DNA from: Felis catus
Taxonomy: Eukaryota
DNA: 64,000 nucleotides
Assembly: GCF_018350175.1 (NCBI RefSeq)
Contig: NC_058382.1
Coordinates: 48,672,001-48,736,000 of the forward strand
Direction: 5' to 3'
In this document: piece by piece, positions 1-37,700 of the stretch
How positions within the stretch are numbered: the stretch's first letter is position 1
How the letters are laid out: each line of letters opens with the position of its first letter
Notes under the pieces: model-generated
Told to the model about the DNA's origin: nothing
What the model saw: the letters and a program-made list of their open reading frames with translations, nothing else
The model's database searches: none
Program-made: the position numbers and the translations under genes

Positions 1-527
1 GGCGGTCTGCTCCACTCCTGGTCCCCACCCCACTTATTTGCCTGGCCCTTAATGTAGGTTTTTCTGCCGGAGTAGTTAGACTGACAGCGTAGGTCAACTC
101 GCTTCTCAAAATAAGACTAAAGGCTCCCTTGCGTTGACTTAGCAATATAAAAATTAGGAAACGTTTCACCGTGTTATCTCAAATATTTAAGGAGGAAGTT
201 ATTGCAAATAAACTTGAAGCGTTTTAAGACTTATTTTTGTGGGAAAAGATTTGGGGGGTGTAACTGTAGTTCGGTAAGTGTACAGCTTTGTGGAAGCTTG
301 AGGTTTAAAGACAGGTACAACTGGCTAATCTTGGACAAGTGACTTTCATCCCTCGGGCCCCTGCTTTCTGGCCAATAAGGAGGATGGACTGTATTCTCTT
401 GAAGATTCCTTACAGCCTCCTTCATTTTCCGTGGCAACCTGATGCTGTCAGTATATTTGTGAATATCATTTGGGTTCCTTGCCAGTCAGAAGAAAGAGAT
501 CCAAGCTCTGATCTAAAGTTTTAGTAG

Positions 528-1430
528 CGGGCGCCTGGGTGGCTGAGTCAGCTGAACATCAACTCTAGATTTTGGCTCAGGTCATCATCCCAGGGTCATG
601 GGGATGAGGGTGGAGCCTGCTTGAGATTCTCTCCCCGCCCCCCCCCTTGCACTTTATCTCTAAATTAATTAATTAATAAATAAACGTTTAGTAGCTGTTC
701 TCCAAACCAAACTTTAAATTTTTTTTAAATGTTTATTTTTGAGAGAGACAGCACGAACCAGGGAGGGGCAGAGAGAGAGGGAGACACAGAATCTGAAGCA
801 GGCTCCAGGCTCTGCGCTGTCAACACAGAGCCCGACGCGGGGCTCGAACCCACAAGCCGTGAGATCATGACCTGAGCTGAAGTCAGACGCTTAACCGACT
901 GAGCCACCCAGGCACTCCCCCCGCCAAACCAAACTTTTAGTGTTTCTTTTAGACAGAGCAAGAGAAAGAGTGTGAGCGAGGGAGGGGCAGAGAGAGAGGG
1001 GGACATAAAGTGTGAAGCAGGTGCCAGGCTGTCAGCACAGAGCCTGATGGAGGGCTCTGAACCCATGAACCCCAGGATCATGACATGAGCTGAAGTCAGA
1101 GACTTCAGCAAGAGCGAGGGGGGATTATTGATATCTTTGAATAGTTTCAAACATTAACTTGCACCAACTCGAGCAGTTTATGATAACATTTTTCAGCAAG
1201 ATGTGCTTTATAAAATTCAGTGTTAAGAATTTATTGTTTATTTAATTTTAGAGTGCATGAGTTGGGGAGAGGGGCACAGGAAGAGAGAGAAAGAATAAAC
1301 CAGGCTCCACACTCGGCGCCTAGCCCAACACGGGGCTTCATGCAGGGCTCCATCCCAGAGCCCTGGGATCATGACCTGAGCCAAAACCAAGAGTCGGACT
1401 CTCAACTGACTGAGCCACCCAGGCACTCCA
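528..1430. mobile_element. Cluster of four carnivore tRNA-derived SINEs (CanSINE/SINEC)
   Basis: GGGCGCCTGGGTGGCTCAGTC heads, CT-rich linker, A tails; TSDs such as ccaaaccaaacttt and ataaaattcagt. Confidence 0.9.
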
Positions 1431-2107
1431 TAAAATTCAGTACTGTTAACATTCCTAAGCTTGCATTCATTGAGTTAGTCCATTTTTAAGGGAAATTTAA
1501 GTCCATCTTCCAGACAGAACAATATCAGTTCTGTATTTGTATCTGATGACTGTCCAGGGAAGTTTCCCTCTGGATCCTACTGAATTATTTTAATAGAAAT
1601 GCATAGCTGATAATAATGGCTATTATTGAACAATATGCCACCATACTGCGTTAAGCAGTTTATGTTTGTTATCTTGTTTGGCTCACACAACAGTCCTGTG
1701 GGATACTCTTACATTTTACAGATCAAGAAACTCAAGCATAAGAAGGTTACATTAGTTGCAGTGATGCAGTAAATAACTTGGCTGAGACAATTATATACTT
1801 ATTCTTTCCGGGTACTGATTGTATCACTGTACACTGCGAAGAGACTCTTTGTAACTGCCACTTAAGAAATTTCATTTGTTTAGCCATTATATTTTAAATG
1901 CTTTCCTGCATTAGGCACTAAGATAATGATACTGAATAAAAGTTCCCTTCCTTTGTGGTATTCATCTGCTAAATGGAATGAAAATATACAGAAGGTAGCA
2001 ACCATTATGCAATGTGATCACTGCAAAAATGAAGTATTGTTCATTAAAGCCTTAGGGGAACTTAGTGAAAGGAAAGACATTTGGAATGGGATTCACCCTT
2101 CAGCTAA

Positions 2108-26556
<24,449 letters not shown>

Positions 26557-26969
26557 CTGCCAGGGGGAGCCCACCTGGTCCATCATACTTCAGGGCCCAT
26601 TCCCTAAGTGGCCACAGCCAAGAAGCTGAGCAAGGATGTCTGGCTTGAGGAGCTCTGACAGCCCGACTGTTCCACTGCAGGCAGCAGGAAACAAGGCTCA
26701 ATTCACTCTGCTGTCTGCACTCAGACGTGTCTCGGTGGTGCTTTGTAGGCAGTCTCTCCCCACCAGGAGAAATGAATCCCCCTGGGCTCTTAACTACATG
26801 GGAAAGCCAAGGCAGGCCAACCTTCTGCACGGGTGGTCATTCTCTCATCCTTAGACACTACAGCAAACGAGCTGCCTCCATGCCAGCCCTAAAGGACTTG
26901 GGTATATCTGGGGACCTGGGGAATTAGGTTCACTCCCAAGGAGAGGCTATGATGTTTATGCTCATGCTG

Positions 26970-26975
26970 AATAAA
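26970..26975 (+). terminator. COG4: COG4 proximal polyadenylation signal AATAAA
   Basis: First AATAAA, ~410 nt after the stop, followed by GT-rich sequence. Confidence 0.7.
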
Positions 26976-27304
26976 GACACTCCTTGGTGATAATGCCAGT
27001 GTGCTATTTCCAGGGAGGGTTGGATGCTATAGGGCAAGACAGGTCTACCAGTTGCATTGAAATGTGCAGACAAAAGCCTAAAGCCTCAGCCTCCTCCCGC
27101 ACCCAGAGTGGCGCACAGCCAGTCAGTACCCACATGAAAGCAGGCACCTCATCTAATCTTGGACCCTCATCCCCTCCTTGGGCCCTCAGCACCAGAAGCT
27201 GGATTGTCCCAGGGGGTTTCCCACAGTACCAAGGCAAGTGGGAACTGCCCCTCACAGGATCAAAATAAAAGCTTTAGGAGGACAACCTTGAAGGACAGAG
27301 TGAA

Positions 27305-27310
27305 TTTATT
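27305..27310 (-). terminator. FCSK: FCSK polyadenylation signal AATAAA
   Basis: TTTATT on + strand, ~650 nt past the FCSK stop. Confidence 0.7.
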
Positions 27311-27959
27311 CCAAGAAGGTTGTAATTTTGGAAATCAAATGTCCATAGACACTGGGTCATGTGGCAAAGTCCATAGTGTTAATAGTTAAGGCCTCTATTA
27401 GCAGTGACTTGCACTGGCTCATGACAACAAACAAGAGTAGAGACCCCCACCCCTGTTCCCACTCCCCCATCAAATCAGCCTGGGAGTGAGTGTGGAACTG
27501 GAAGTCTCTTCTCAGGCAGAAGCCAGACCTCCAAGGAAGGCCACAGGAAATGCCTCAAAGAGCCTCTTCAAGATTAGCCTTACCAGGGGACCCCAGCCAT
27601 GTGCTAAAGCTGGTTGTCCTCCTTTTCCCAGGCCCTCATGGAGAGTGAGAAGGCCAAGGCTGGCCATGGATTTGTAAAGGCCACATTGGACACTATGCTT
27701 GAGACTTTTCCTATGTCCAGAGGACAAGCCTAGGCCACAGTCAACCAGGAGGTACAGTCCAATTCCCAGGCACCACCAGTTTCACCACACTCCAGAAAGG
27801 GCTGGGCCCAAGCTCACGTTGGCTGTTTTCCTTTGGGAGAAGGTTCACAAAGGGGTGGGCATAGAGTAGAGGCTGAACTTCCCATGGAGGAAGGAAGGGA
27901 GAGGCTGCTGCAGCTCCAGGTTTTCTCCTCTTACAGAAGGACAAACCTGGGAAGGGGCA

Positions 27960-28046
27960 TCAGGTTGAGGTCTCACTCCCCAGCAGCTGCAGGCTCAGGC
28001 CCTGAGTGTCCACTTCTACCAGGTGGACGCTGTAGTTCCCGAGGCC
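27960..28046 (-). CDS. FCSK: FCSK exon 24 coding part (TGA stop)
   Basis: [28 protein letters not shown]. Confidence 0.94.
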   Translation of the reverse strand, partial: GLGNYSVHLVEVDTQGLSLQLLGSETST

Positions 28047-31000
28047 CTGGGAGCAAAGGACAGGTGTTTAGAGGGTTCTGGGCAAGTCTCAGGCCACGTC
28101 TCGTGCTGCAAGTGATCAGGGAGACTTGCAGCTGTAGCCCCTGCTTAGTGGTGAGACACACTGAGGGCTCCTGTCCCCCACCAATCACCACCCCCAGCAC
28201 CACCAGGTACCTCAGTCTTGGCCAGCACAGCCTCCAGAGCCTCCTTTTGCTGCGGCTCCTTGGTCAACAGATACAGAAAGCCTCCACCACCTGCCCCTGC
28301 CAGGCTCTGGCCATGCACGTGAGGGGCCAGGACATCCATCATACGCCGCACAGCCAGGGGCTCACAGCCTGGAGCCATGAGCTTCTTTTGCTCCCAGTAA
28401 GTGGTCAGGCACTGGCCCAGCAGAGGCAGGCTCCCTGGGTGGGGGCAGAGAAGGGAGTAGTGTGCCTGAGCTGGAATACTCAACACCTATTTCTGGACTG
28501 AATAATGTGCCAAGAAGCACTACTTAACCAGTGTCCTGGTGAAAAACCTAGGTCCAGTGCTGGCTGGAAATAGGAGTGATAAAGCCCACCTCAAGGGTTG
28601 AGGACTAAAGTGCATAGAGCAGCTGGCATAGTGCCCAGTACAGTGTTCAATCATGTAGACACAGACATGGAACCCTGATCAGCTGACTCCCCAGAACTCA
28701 AGAGGCTGAGCCTCCGCCCCAGTCTGCTTCCTGGTAGGTGGGGCTGGAGGCCTCCCTCATGATGCAAGTGTTATCCTGAGAAAGGACTCCCACCCACCTA
28801 AGTGTGAGACCCTGTGGAGGGCAGACAGTAGGCTTCTGTCCCCAGGGGCCTCCTGCACAGGGCCCGGGCCAGGCCTGCAAAGGCTCCTGGCCTCAGACCC
28901 ACAGGCAACAAGGTACTCACTCCTGATGCCCTGAGCTCCAGGCAAGAAGCACCTCACCTTGGCGGAAGGCTTTTGCACACTCCTCGGTGTGCCGCACCAG
29001 GCTGTGGGCATTCTGCACGACGGCAGGCAGCCGGGCATACCAGCTCCTCAGCACATCCTGCAGATGGGGCAGGAGGAATGCAATGAGGATCTGAGCCCAG
29101 CTGAGCCATTTGCTTCCCACCTTCCTCCTGAGGCCAGGGCTCACCTGCAGCAGATTCCGGGCCAGGCGTGTCTTGCCAGTGTATACCAGGAGCAGGTGGT
29201 CATTGAGCTTCCGGAGGAAGCCCTCAGGCACAGTGATCTCTTCCACCTCCACCTTCAGTGGCAGCTGAGCCCGGGAGCGCCCCACCTTGATGCCAGGCAC
29301 GAGGCCACCCACTTGGTCCTGCCAGCCACCTCCTGCAAGCCCAGGGTCCCATCACTTTTGGAGCCTATCTGTCCCAACTTCTCTCTCCCAGCCCAGGCTC
29401 CCAGTCCTGCACCCCTGACAAGCACCAGCATGGGAAGCCCGCTTCTCCCGACCCAGGCTGAGCCAGGTGAGCTGTGCAGCTTCTGCCCCCAGCCTTCAGA
29501 ACAGGACGAGCCCAGCAAGTGGAAAGCGTACGGAGCCAAGCTTGAAACTCACAACGCCTGAGTTTGGGTGCAGACCTACTGTGTAACTGGAATTGGGGTA
29601 AGCCATATAAAAGGATAAGACCTAACAGTAAACTGCTCCCCTCAAGGAGAGATAACATGGGACTTCCCCTGAAGCTTAACGGTTCCCTGCACCCTGTCTT
29701 TTCTAATAAAGGGTGTTGATGTTGGAAAGCTTTTTAGCATCTCTTATTGAAATTGAAAGAGCTTGTTCACATCTTGCTTTAGGAATGAAAGCTATGGATC
29801 TCTTCCTCTTGCAGCTATACAAAAGTGTCACAACTTGAGATAATTCTGGGATAGGCCTTTCATACCTGGGGCCTACAAGGATTTAAAGTACAAATTGCCA
29901 ATGGCAGGGGGCATCTGGAACTTTAGGCATCAGGCCCCAAATGTCAAGAACTCCTTACCTGCACCCCTCTCCATCAGAGCACTTGGCACAGCTTGTGATT
30001 ATACATTCATGTGAGTGGTTATTGAGTAAGGCCTGTCTCCAACAGACCATATGCCTTCTGAGGGCAAAGACCCTGTTTTTGCTCATTTTATCCCCAAGGC
30101 CCAGCACAGAGTGGATACTCTGATCAGCTGACTCCCTGGAACTCAACAATGGGGCTGAGCCTCCTTCAATTGACCAAATGAAGGATTTGAATGCTACACC
30201 TCAAAAGGAAAGTTAACAGGCTGCCCTTTTTGCTAATGACTACCCATTATGTGATGTGAATCAGGGCAACAAAAGGAGGAGACTGGGCTACGAAGTGACC
30301 AGAGAAGATACCATCATCAGGCATCTATCTGTCCTTGCGGCAGCTTCCTTCCCAGCGTCCTGTGGATGAGGCCCTGCATCCTGAGGTGACCAGAACACCC
30401 TAGGATCTGAAGTCAGACAAACTAGCTGCTCTCCATTGTACATGGATTCCAAAGGGCCACGGTGGTGCAGAGGTGGAAGGTGTTAGTAGCATTCTATTAT
30501 GATCACAGCCATATGGTAGTGGGGGGGGGGCACAAAGGACCACAGCCCATGGGCAGGGCAAGTTGCCAGAAGGCAAGCTAAAAGTCCTGTCCCCTATTCC
30601 AAATCCACCTCTGCCCAGCCTCACCCTGAGGGACAGCCCTAGGTGGGGACAGAATCATGAGAAATAGCACCTGGTATAACGGGTACCTAATAAAACACAT
30701 GAAAGGTGCAGCACAGAATCTAGCACTTAGTAGGTACTCCTAAAGCATCAGGTCCTTAGAGATAGAAACATTTGAAGTTGAAAACCACCAGAAAGGGTCA
30801 GAGTGGTAAGAAGGAAGCTCTAACCAACTTCAAGGAAGCTTTGACCGCGCATATGTATACGTGGCTGTCTGCAAGTCCCAGGAGACCCTGGAAGCCCTTG
30901 GGAAAATGTCCATGACTTCCCTCCTGCCCCAGGGCAGTCCCATACCTGTGGTGAGCACCTGTTCCAGGTGCAGCACTGCATGGATCAGGGCCTCTGTGCC

Positions 31001-34000
31001 CACTACCCGGCCCGCGGCCCTCTGCAAGGCGGCCAGGGCTGCCCCTGCCAGGATGCTGCTAGTGCCTGCAGGGTGCAGAGGAAAGCGCCAGACATGAAAC
31101 AGCTCTGCCCAGCTCACTCCTCAGCTGGGCAGAGGCCAGGGAGGGGACCGGAGGCGAGGCTGGAAGTTAGGGATGCGACTGGTGGGCAGCAGGGAGACAG
31201 GGCCCACCCACCGAGACCAGAGCCATGGGGCAGCTCAGACCAGGTATGCAGCTCGAAGCCACCCCCAAAGGTGTGCAGCAGCTGCTCTCTCAGGGAAAGC
31301 TTGGAGCCAACATGCACGATCCCCGCACAGATGAAGGTTGCCTTCAGCAGAGCCCCTGTGGAAGGACCAGCAAGGAATTTGGTCTTCAAGGGTAGAAGCA
31401 GATACCCCAAACTACGTCCACTATTGCCCAGCCCAGCACGGGGCTCACTGAGAGATAAAACCCCAGAAGTATTGGAGGCCCTATCTCCAAGCCATAAAAG
31501 GGCCTCTGGTCCCCCCAGCACAGGCAAATGTGCCAGCCCTACCTCCTTGGGCCTGCATGTACCCGGGCAGGATGACTTCAGGGCTCCTCCACCAGACTGG
31601 CTCACCCTCAGGACAGGCCTCCATGGCCTGCAGGGTCTCCAAGGTTCTGCCCCCATCCCTCAGCTGGCCATGCGTGCCATTCCCACCTGCAGATGTCACA
31701 GGTGCCCTGACCTGGGGCATGGGGCTGGCAGTAATCCTGCAGGTCATCTAGGTTCCGGCACACTGTCTTCATGGTCATCTTGTCCTGCTGAGGCCCCACT
31801 GCCAGCCACAGCTCAGGCTCTGGGATGCGGCGTGCCCTGGCCCCAATGGGCCGGCGGCCATCCACTCGCACAGCCAGACCCAGCACTGCCCCACCAAGCT
31901 CATAGGCAAGGGGTGGCGTGTCACTCCAGCCACCTTCAGCAGTTAGACAAGACCAAGTTAGTCACAGGGCAGCCAGCCCAGCCCTGGGGTGGCTACCCTC
32001 ACCCCACCACGCCACAAGGGGCTCACCGGAGAAATCCACGCGAGCAGGGCACTCAGCCACCACCCACCGCCCAGGTGCTGGCGGCTCCACTGGCTCCATG
32101 GAGACAAAGTGCTGGGCTGACATCACAGCCTGGCGGATCAGAATCTGCCCAGCTCCCTCGTAGTGGCGGGCAGCTCGCACTAGCAACACTGGCCTGCCAA
32201 GAGGGATGGGAGAGACGGTGGCATGGAACCCCAAGCTGGAGGTGGACTGCCTGGGTTTAGGGACCTGACTGCCCTAGGTAACTGTGGTAAGAGGGGCCTA
32301 CCTCTCCGTGGGTTTCCACCTCCAAGGATGGCCAAGGACTTCTCCAAAGGTTTTGAGCACCCACCTGCTCAGCCACTTGTCCCGCTCCTGGGCAAGTGCC
32401 TGCACGCCGGCCGCCAGGTCTCCACACTCCAGATATGAGAAGGGCTGCATCCACTCGGGATTGGCGGCTGGACCGCTCCGTAAGCCTCCCTGGCCCTCTG
32501 CCATGCAGCCCAGTACATCCGCCACACAGGCGAGAGCCCGGGCCGCCACCCCAGGGTCTTCCGCACCGGCTGCAACTGAATGGCCAGGAGTCAGGGTGGC
32601 AGGGGAGGGGGCCTGCCCCCAGGGCCCTCTGCCCCCAGAGACTACTCAGCAGTCCCCCAAACACTCCAGGTCCTTCACACCTCTTCACCTGGACCCAAGA
32701 TATATTCTTGCCTATGAATGTTCCCTGCTCTTCCGCCAAGCAAGGTTCTTCTCAACCTATCAGCCCCAGCCCCCTCTTCACCCCCTCACCCAGAATGTCC
32801 ACAGTGGTTAGGAGCTCAGGCTTCAGGGTCAAACCACCCGGGTTCGGTCTCAGCCCCACCATCAACCAGCTTCAATGGGGCTAATGAGGTGTTGCCTAGC
32901 AGGCTACGGCTGAGCCCCCAGCCAGTGTGCCTGGGCCTCTGGGTAGAGCCAACCACATCCCAACCCAGTGCAAACTTTGCTGGGTTTGCTGATGCTCATA
33001 GGACCCAGAGGCTCAGCCCCAAGCCTCAGCCTCTCACCAAACTCCCCACTGATGGGGAGGAAACTTCCCCCCAAACTTACAAGTACACTCCACTGTGTCT
33101 CTCCCCCACTTTGAAGTTTCACAGCTCCCTAGTACCCTCAGGTTGATGATCCAGAGGGCAGGTAGGGCAGGTGACGCTGGGACTGGCTTTCCAGCACACT
33201 CACCCTGGTCCAGCGTGGCCAGCAGGGGCCCAGGACAGCCCTCTCGGACAGCGGCCCGGATCAGCGGGCACAGGCTAAGGTCCTGCCGAGCCTCCAGCAC
33301 ACGCCTCGCCTTATGCAGGGCCTGGCGGAAGAACAGGTCCCGGCGGGAGGCCAGTGTGGCAGCCCGGTCCAGGCACGGCTGCAGCTGCTCCCAGGACAGA
33401 CGCCAGCAGGCTCGCCAGGCCCGCAGGGCCTTGCCCCTATCCTCCTGGGGGTCCAGCATCCACAGCATGTCCCGGGGTCCCAGGGCCCTCAAGGGGTGGA
33501 GCACGGGAAAGAGGCGGGCACTAAGAAGGCAACGTTCCGCAGGGGGCGTGTCTGGGTCCCACAGATCCCAGTCTCTGATGTGGGGGAAAGACATATTAGC
33601 AGGGGGGAAGCAAGGGCTCCTGCCTGATCACCAAGCCCTGACTGACTGTCAGCTGGGGGCTGGCTCATTCATGGTGACAGGACAGATTCCTCCAGAGGCA
33701 GCACAAGTGTGCAGCTCAGAGAGAGGGGCCCGGCTGCCTTGCCTCTTTTCCCAGGACACTGGACAAAATCCCAAACCCTGAGCATAGCCAGCAATCTGTA
33801 GTTGCTCAGAAAGATGGTGGGACAAATCAGGCTGCCCAAAACTACCTTGGATCCCAGGGATGGTTAGGGGGCCGGGTATTGCTCTGGGGCAGGAGCGAGG
33901 GCAGGGGTGAGCCTCAGAGAAGCAGATGCCCTGCCCTAGCTGCCTAGGCCTGTAGAGTCCCATCTGGGCCGTTAACCTTACCGAACGCCTGTCTTCTGGA

Positions 34001-34653
34001 AGAATTCACTCCAGGACATGTTAAGATACGTTCCTGTCCCCTGTCTCTGGGGGAAGAGGAGGAGGCAGGAAAGGGGTTAGGGACACTGAGGCCAGAGGGG
34101 ATAGCAAGAGTGACGAGCACATATGCAAGGAAATTCTGAGACACCAGCGTCAAGCCCTGGAGCCTCGATGTTCCTGCCCAGGTGCCTGGCACTCGGCCCA
34201 ATCCATCATAACCAGCTCTGAGGTCCAAGGTGGGTCACCACCCTCTCTGTGCCTCAGTGTCTGGCCTATAACACGGGCCACCCCACCAAGCCCACCACAT
34301 AGAGCAGACAAGGAGGGTGGTGAAGGCCTGTTGAGACAACTGGCTGCACCCTCCTCACCACCTATCCCTCAGGCCAGTGTTCAGGGAGACTTGTAGGAGA
34401 TGGGCTGGAACCCTCGGGGAGGCAGGGTGGACACCTAACCTCCCAGCTGTCCAGACGGCCAACGAGGGTGAAGACACGGCTGGGGGCGCCGTGCAGCCGC
34501 ACGTGGTGTCCCTGCAGGACGAGGTCATGCAGCTCCAAGCCGTGCAGTGCCTTGCACTGGGCCGTGTCCAGGCCACTCACCAAGCAGCCAGTGCCAATAT
34601 GAACAGGGCCCTGATAGGAGAAAAGGTATGCATCCTAGCACAGCCCTAAGTAC

Positions 34654-34703
<50 letters not shown>

Positions 34704-37700
34704 GACCCTGGCCCCTGGAGCGCTGCCCTCCTGCTTGCCCCTGGCCTCACCTGAAGATGGCAGTGCTGCAGGACACTCCCAGGACCCAGTTGGACAGGGC
34801 CTTCCAGCAGGCAGCTGACCACGGAGCTCTTGGCACCCAGGAGCTGTGGCTCCTGGGAAGCCAAGCAGAATGTTGTGAGGGCCCAGGACCCAGGCTCCCC
34901 CACAGCCAAGGCCCCAGCCAGAATGCCTGCTGCTCCCTGTGCCCTGACAGCCAGGCACATCCCTCTGCCCTGACCCCAGCCTCAGGCCAACTCCCATCCC
35001 CTCTTGTTCACGCCGCTCTTCCAGAGGCTCCCCCAGCAGCGTGCTCTGCCTGTGTTCTCCTCCAGTACAAATCTGAACTCAGTAACAGAGGTCCCACCAA
35101 ATGACAGCTCTCCCAGGAATCCTCTCCCATCTGTGCAGCTACCCCTATCCCTGCCACCCTGAGGGCCACCTATGAGCTCTCCCTGCCACTTTTCTCAGCC
35201 CATGGGAATGACCCAGGCCCATCACCTCAAATGTGCTTATCCCCCAGCAGACCCCACAGAAAAGCATGAAGGGAGTCTTCTCTAGTTTCTCAGGCAGACC
35301 TGCATGTAGAATCCTGAAATGACCACTTACTGGCTCTGTGGATTTAAGCAAGCTACTTAACCTCTCTGAGCCTCCAGTGCCTCATGTGTGAAATGGGGAT
35401 AATAACACCTACACCTACTCTATTCCAAGGATGGGCTATTCCTTCCCTTTCCTGGAGCCCCCATCCCACCTGTCCACAGGCACCCAGCAGGCACTTCTGC
35501 TGGCCCTCCCTCCAGGCAGGTCTTACCTCCACCTGGGAGTGCACTACCTGGGCCCTGGGAGCCCCTGGGAATGTGAGGCTGTGTAAGAACTCACTGGCCG
35601 AGCTGGTCATGTAGCTGTAGCTGCCATCAGGGACATAAGCTGTAAAGATACAAGTACCGACCCCAACCCCATGCCTGCTGCAGCTCTGATGCCAGGCCAG
35701 GCCTCCCACTGAAGACACCTCTTAACCAGGCCAGGGGAAGGCAGGCATGGCAATGAGCTCATTGTGCCGATGGGGAAGCTGAGATCCAGAGAGACTCAGC
35801 AACCTGTCCAAGTCACACAGCTAGAAAGTAGAAAGACTGGAACTGGAGCCCAGGAACAAGACAAAGGAAGAAGGGAAGAGGGCTACAGGCTCTGGATTCG
35901 GAGAGGGTAATTGTCTGGCATGCACTAGGCCTGCATGGTCCAGAAGCCTGGGGGCCAGGCAGGCAGCTGCCTCATCCTGGGGGGGGTCCTCACTCCCGTG
36001 GTCTCCCCAGAGAGCCAAGAGGTAGTACCCACCCATGGTGAGGGGCTGGTCACGAAGCTCCCTCCACAGTTCAGCCCGGGCACCCTGCAGGTAACTTCCG
36101 ATGTCCATGTCACCTTGGCCCATCTCTGGAGGCTGCCCCACCAGGAAGTCCTCCCTGTTCACGTTCCGGGCCATGCAGAGCAGGATGTCGAAAAAGAGAG
36201 ATAGCTGGGGCAGGGGTAGGAAGCACATCTATTGAGAAGGTTCCTAGATTGAGCTGGGGCAGTCCCATTCCCAGAGACACTGACCCAGAGAAGAAAGGGA
36301 CCACCAGGCTGCCAGTGTCAGGGCCTCTACCCAAGGCCAGGGGTCCCCAGCCCACACCCCCAGTCACCTGGACAGGCCGGGCTCCAGAGTCTAAGCCCAT
36401 GTAGGTGCAGGCGTCCAAGGGCGGGCTCACATGGGTGGCCAGGAGGTGCTCAGCAGTCTCCACAGAGAAGAAGGCGATCCCTGAGACCTAGAGAGGTCAA
36501 GTCAGGCTGTGGGACTCTGGGGCCAGCCTGGGCCCTGAATTGGGAAGGACTCATGCAGATGGGCCAAGCAAGGCTGGCTGCCATACCAGGCAGGGTCTTT
36601 TGTCTTTGGGCCACTCCAGCACCCAGGATCCAGGCTTAATGGGAGTGGGCTCCCACCAAGGGACCCCTCAACATCCACCTTCTGGGACCCCCACCCCAAT
36701 TGTCAGGCCTCCCTGAACTAGAGACAGAGAATGAGAAATAGTTCCCCATCTTCCTCAAGGTCCAGTCCCAGACCCTTACCCAATGTTCCTATCCTTGCCT
36801 TTCATTCTAGAAGGATCCCCCAAATCAGATTCAAGACTTCCTCCCAACTGCGTTCCTGAAATTACTCACAGGCTGGTTCCAGCCTTTCTGCCACACCTGC
36901 CTCAGATTCTGGCTCCACCAGCTCCCCTGAATGCCAGTTCTAGACTTAACTTGGATCCTGGTTCTAGCCTGCCCCAGAATCTTCCAGAAGGAGTACAGAT
37001 AGGCAAACCCTCCCTTCCTCGTCCCATAAGGTCTCCAAAGAACCTAGCGTGGGTCTGGCAGCTGTACCAGTGGCACCCGCCCATCCGGCCTGGCACATCG
37101 TTGTATCTCTGCCTCGGTGCCCTGGTAGTAAATGTCCAAAACGAAGCCCTATGTGGGGAGAAAACAGAGTTAGGGAAAGGAGCAAGAAAGGACCAGCAAG
37201 GAGGGCACCGCAAGGTGTTCTCCAAACGAAAACCTAGGACGGAAGTCTGACAGGTACCGGGGTGCTCCCAAGGACACGAGCACTGAAGACTCCCACCCCT
37301 GATGGTAGAGGGCAGGCTTTGCATGTTTTCACAGCCTCGAGCACAGACCCTAGCACAGGGTCGGTGTGCAATTCATGTTTGGCAAAAGACTAAGTGAGCA
37401 CAAGGGCTGTTCAGAGGGGACCTCCTCCAAATCCAGACCATGCGAGAAAGTCCAGGATGATAGGATTCCCCAAGCATAGGACCAGGAGGCCAACCCAGAT
37501 GGTCAAGCTGCCCACACAGCTGCCCCAGGGGCCCTACCTGGGAGTCAGTGAGGTAAACGCCATGGTTCCGGGCATAGGCCGGGTTCCCTGGAAGGGCAAT
37601 CACTTTTGCTCCCCGGAAGTTGTCCCAGCTGATCCCTGTGAATGGGGCAGTTAGGAGGTTCCCCCAGGGGCCTCAACCCAAGACAGGGGTCTCCAACCAG

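Noticed and set aside
725..1489. Recurrent 'MAQSVKRLTSAQVMIS...' ORFs here and throughout the window
   Set aside because: Translations of carnivore SINE consensus, not genes
27960..27962. FCSK TGA at a Cys position as a selenocysteine codon
   Set aside because: No SECIS-like AUGA/AA/GA hairpin was recognised in the 3'UTR by eye and FCSK is not a known selenoprotein; SECISearch would settle it
27833..29561. 200-222 aa plus-strand ORFs over the FCSK 3' end
   Set aside because: Antisense shadows of GC-rich FCSK exons; no independent coding signature
30968..32260. 430-aa plus-strand ORF
   Set aside because: Antisense to FCSK exons 17-20 in very GC-rich DNA; Pro/Ala/Gly-rich with no recognisable domain, promoter or poly(A); best explained as a shadow ORF
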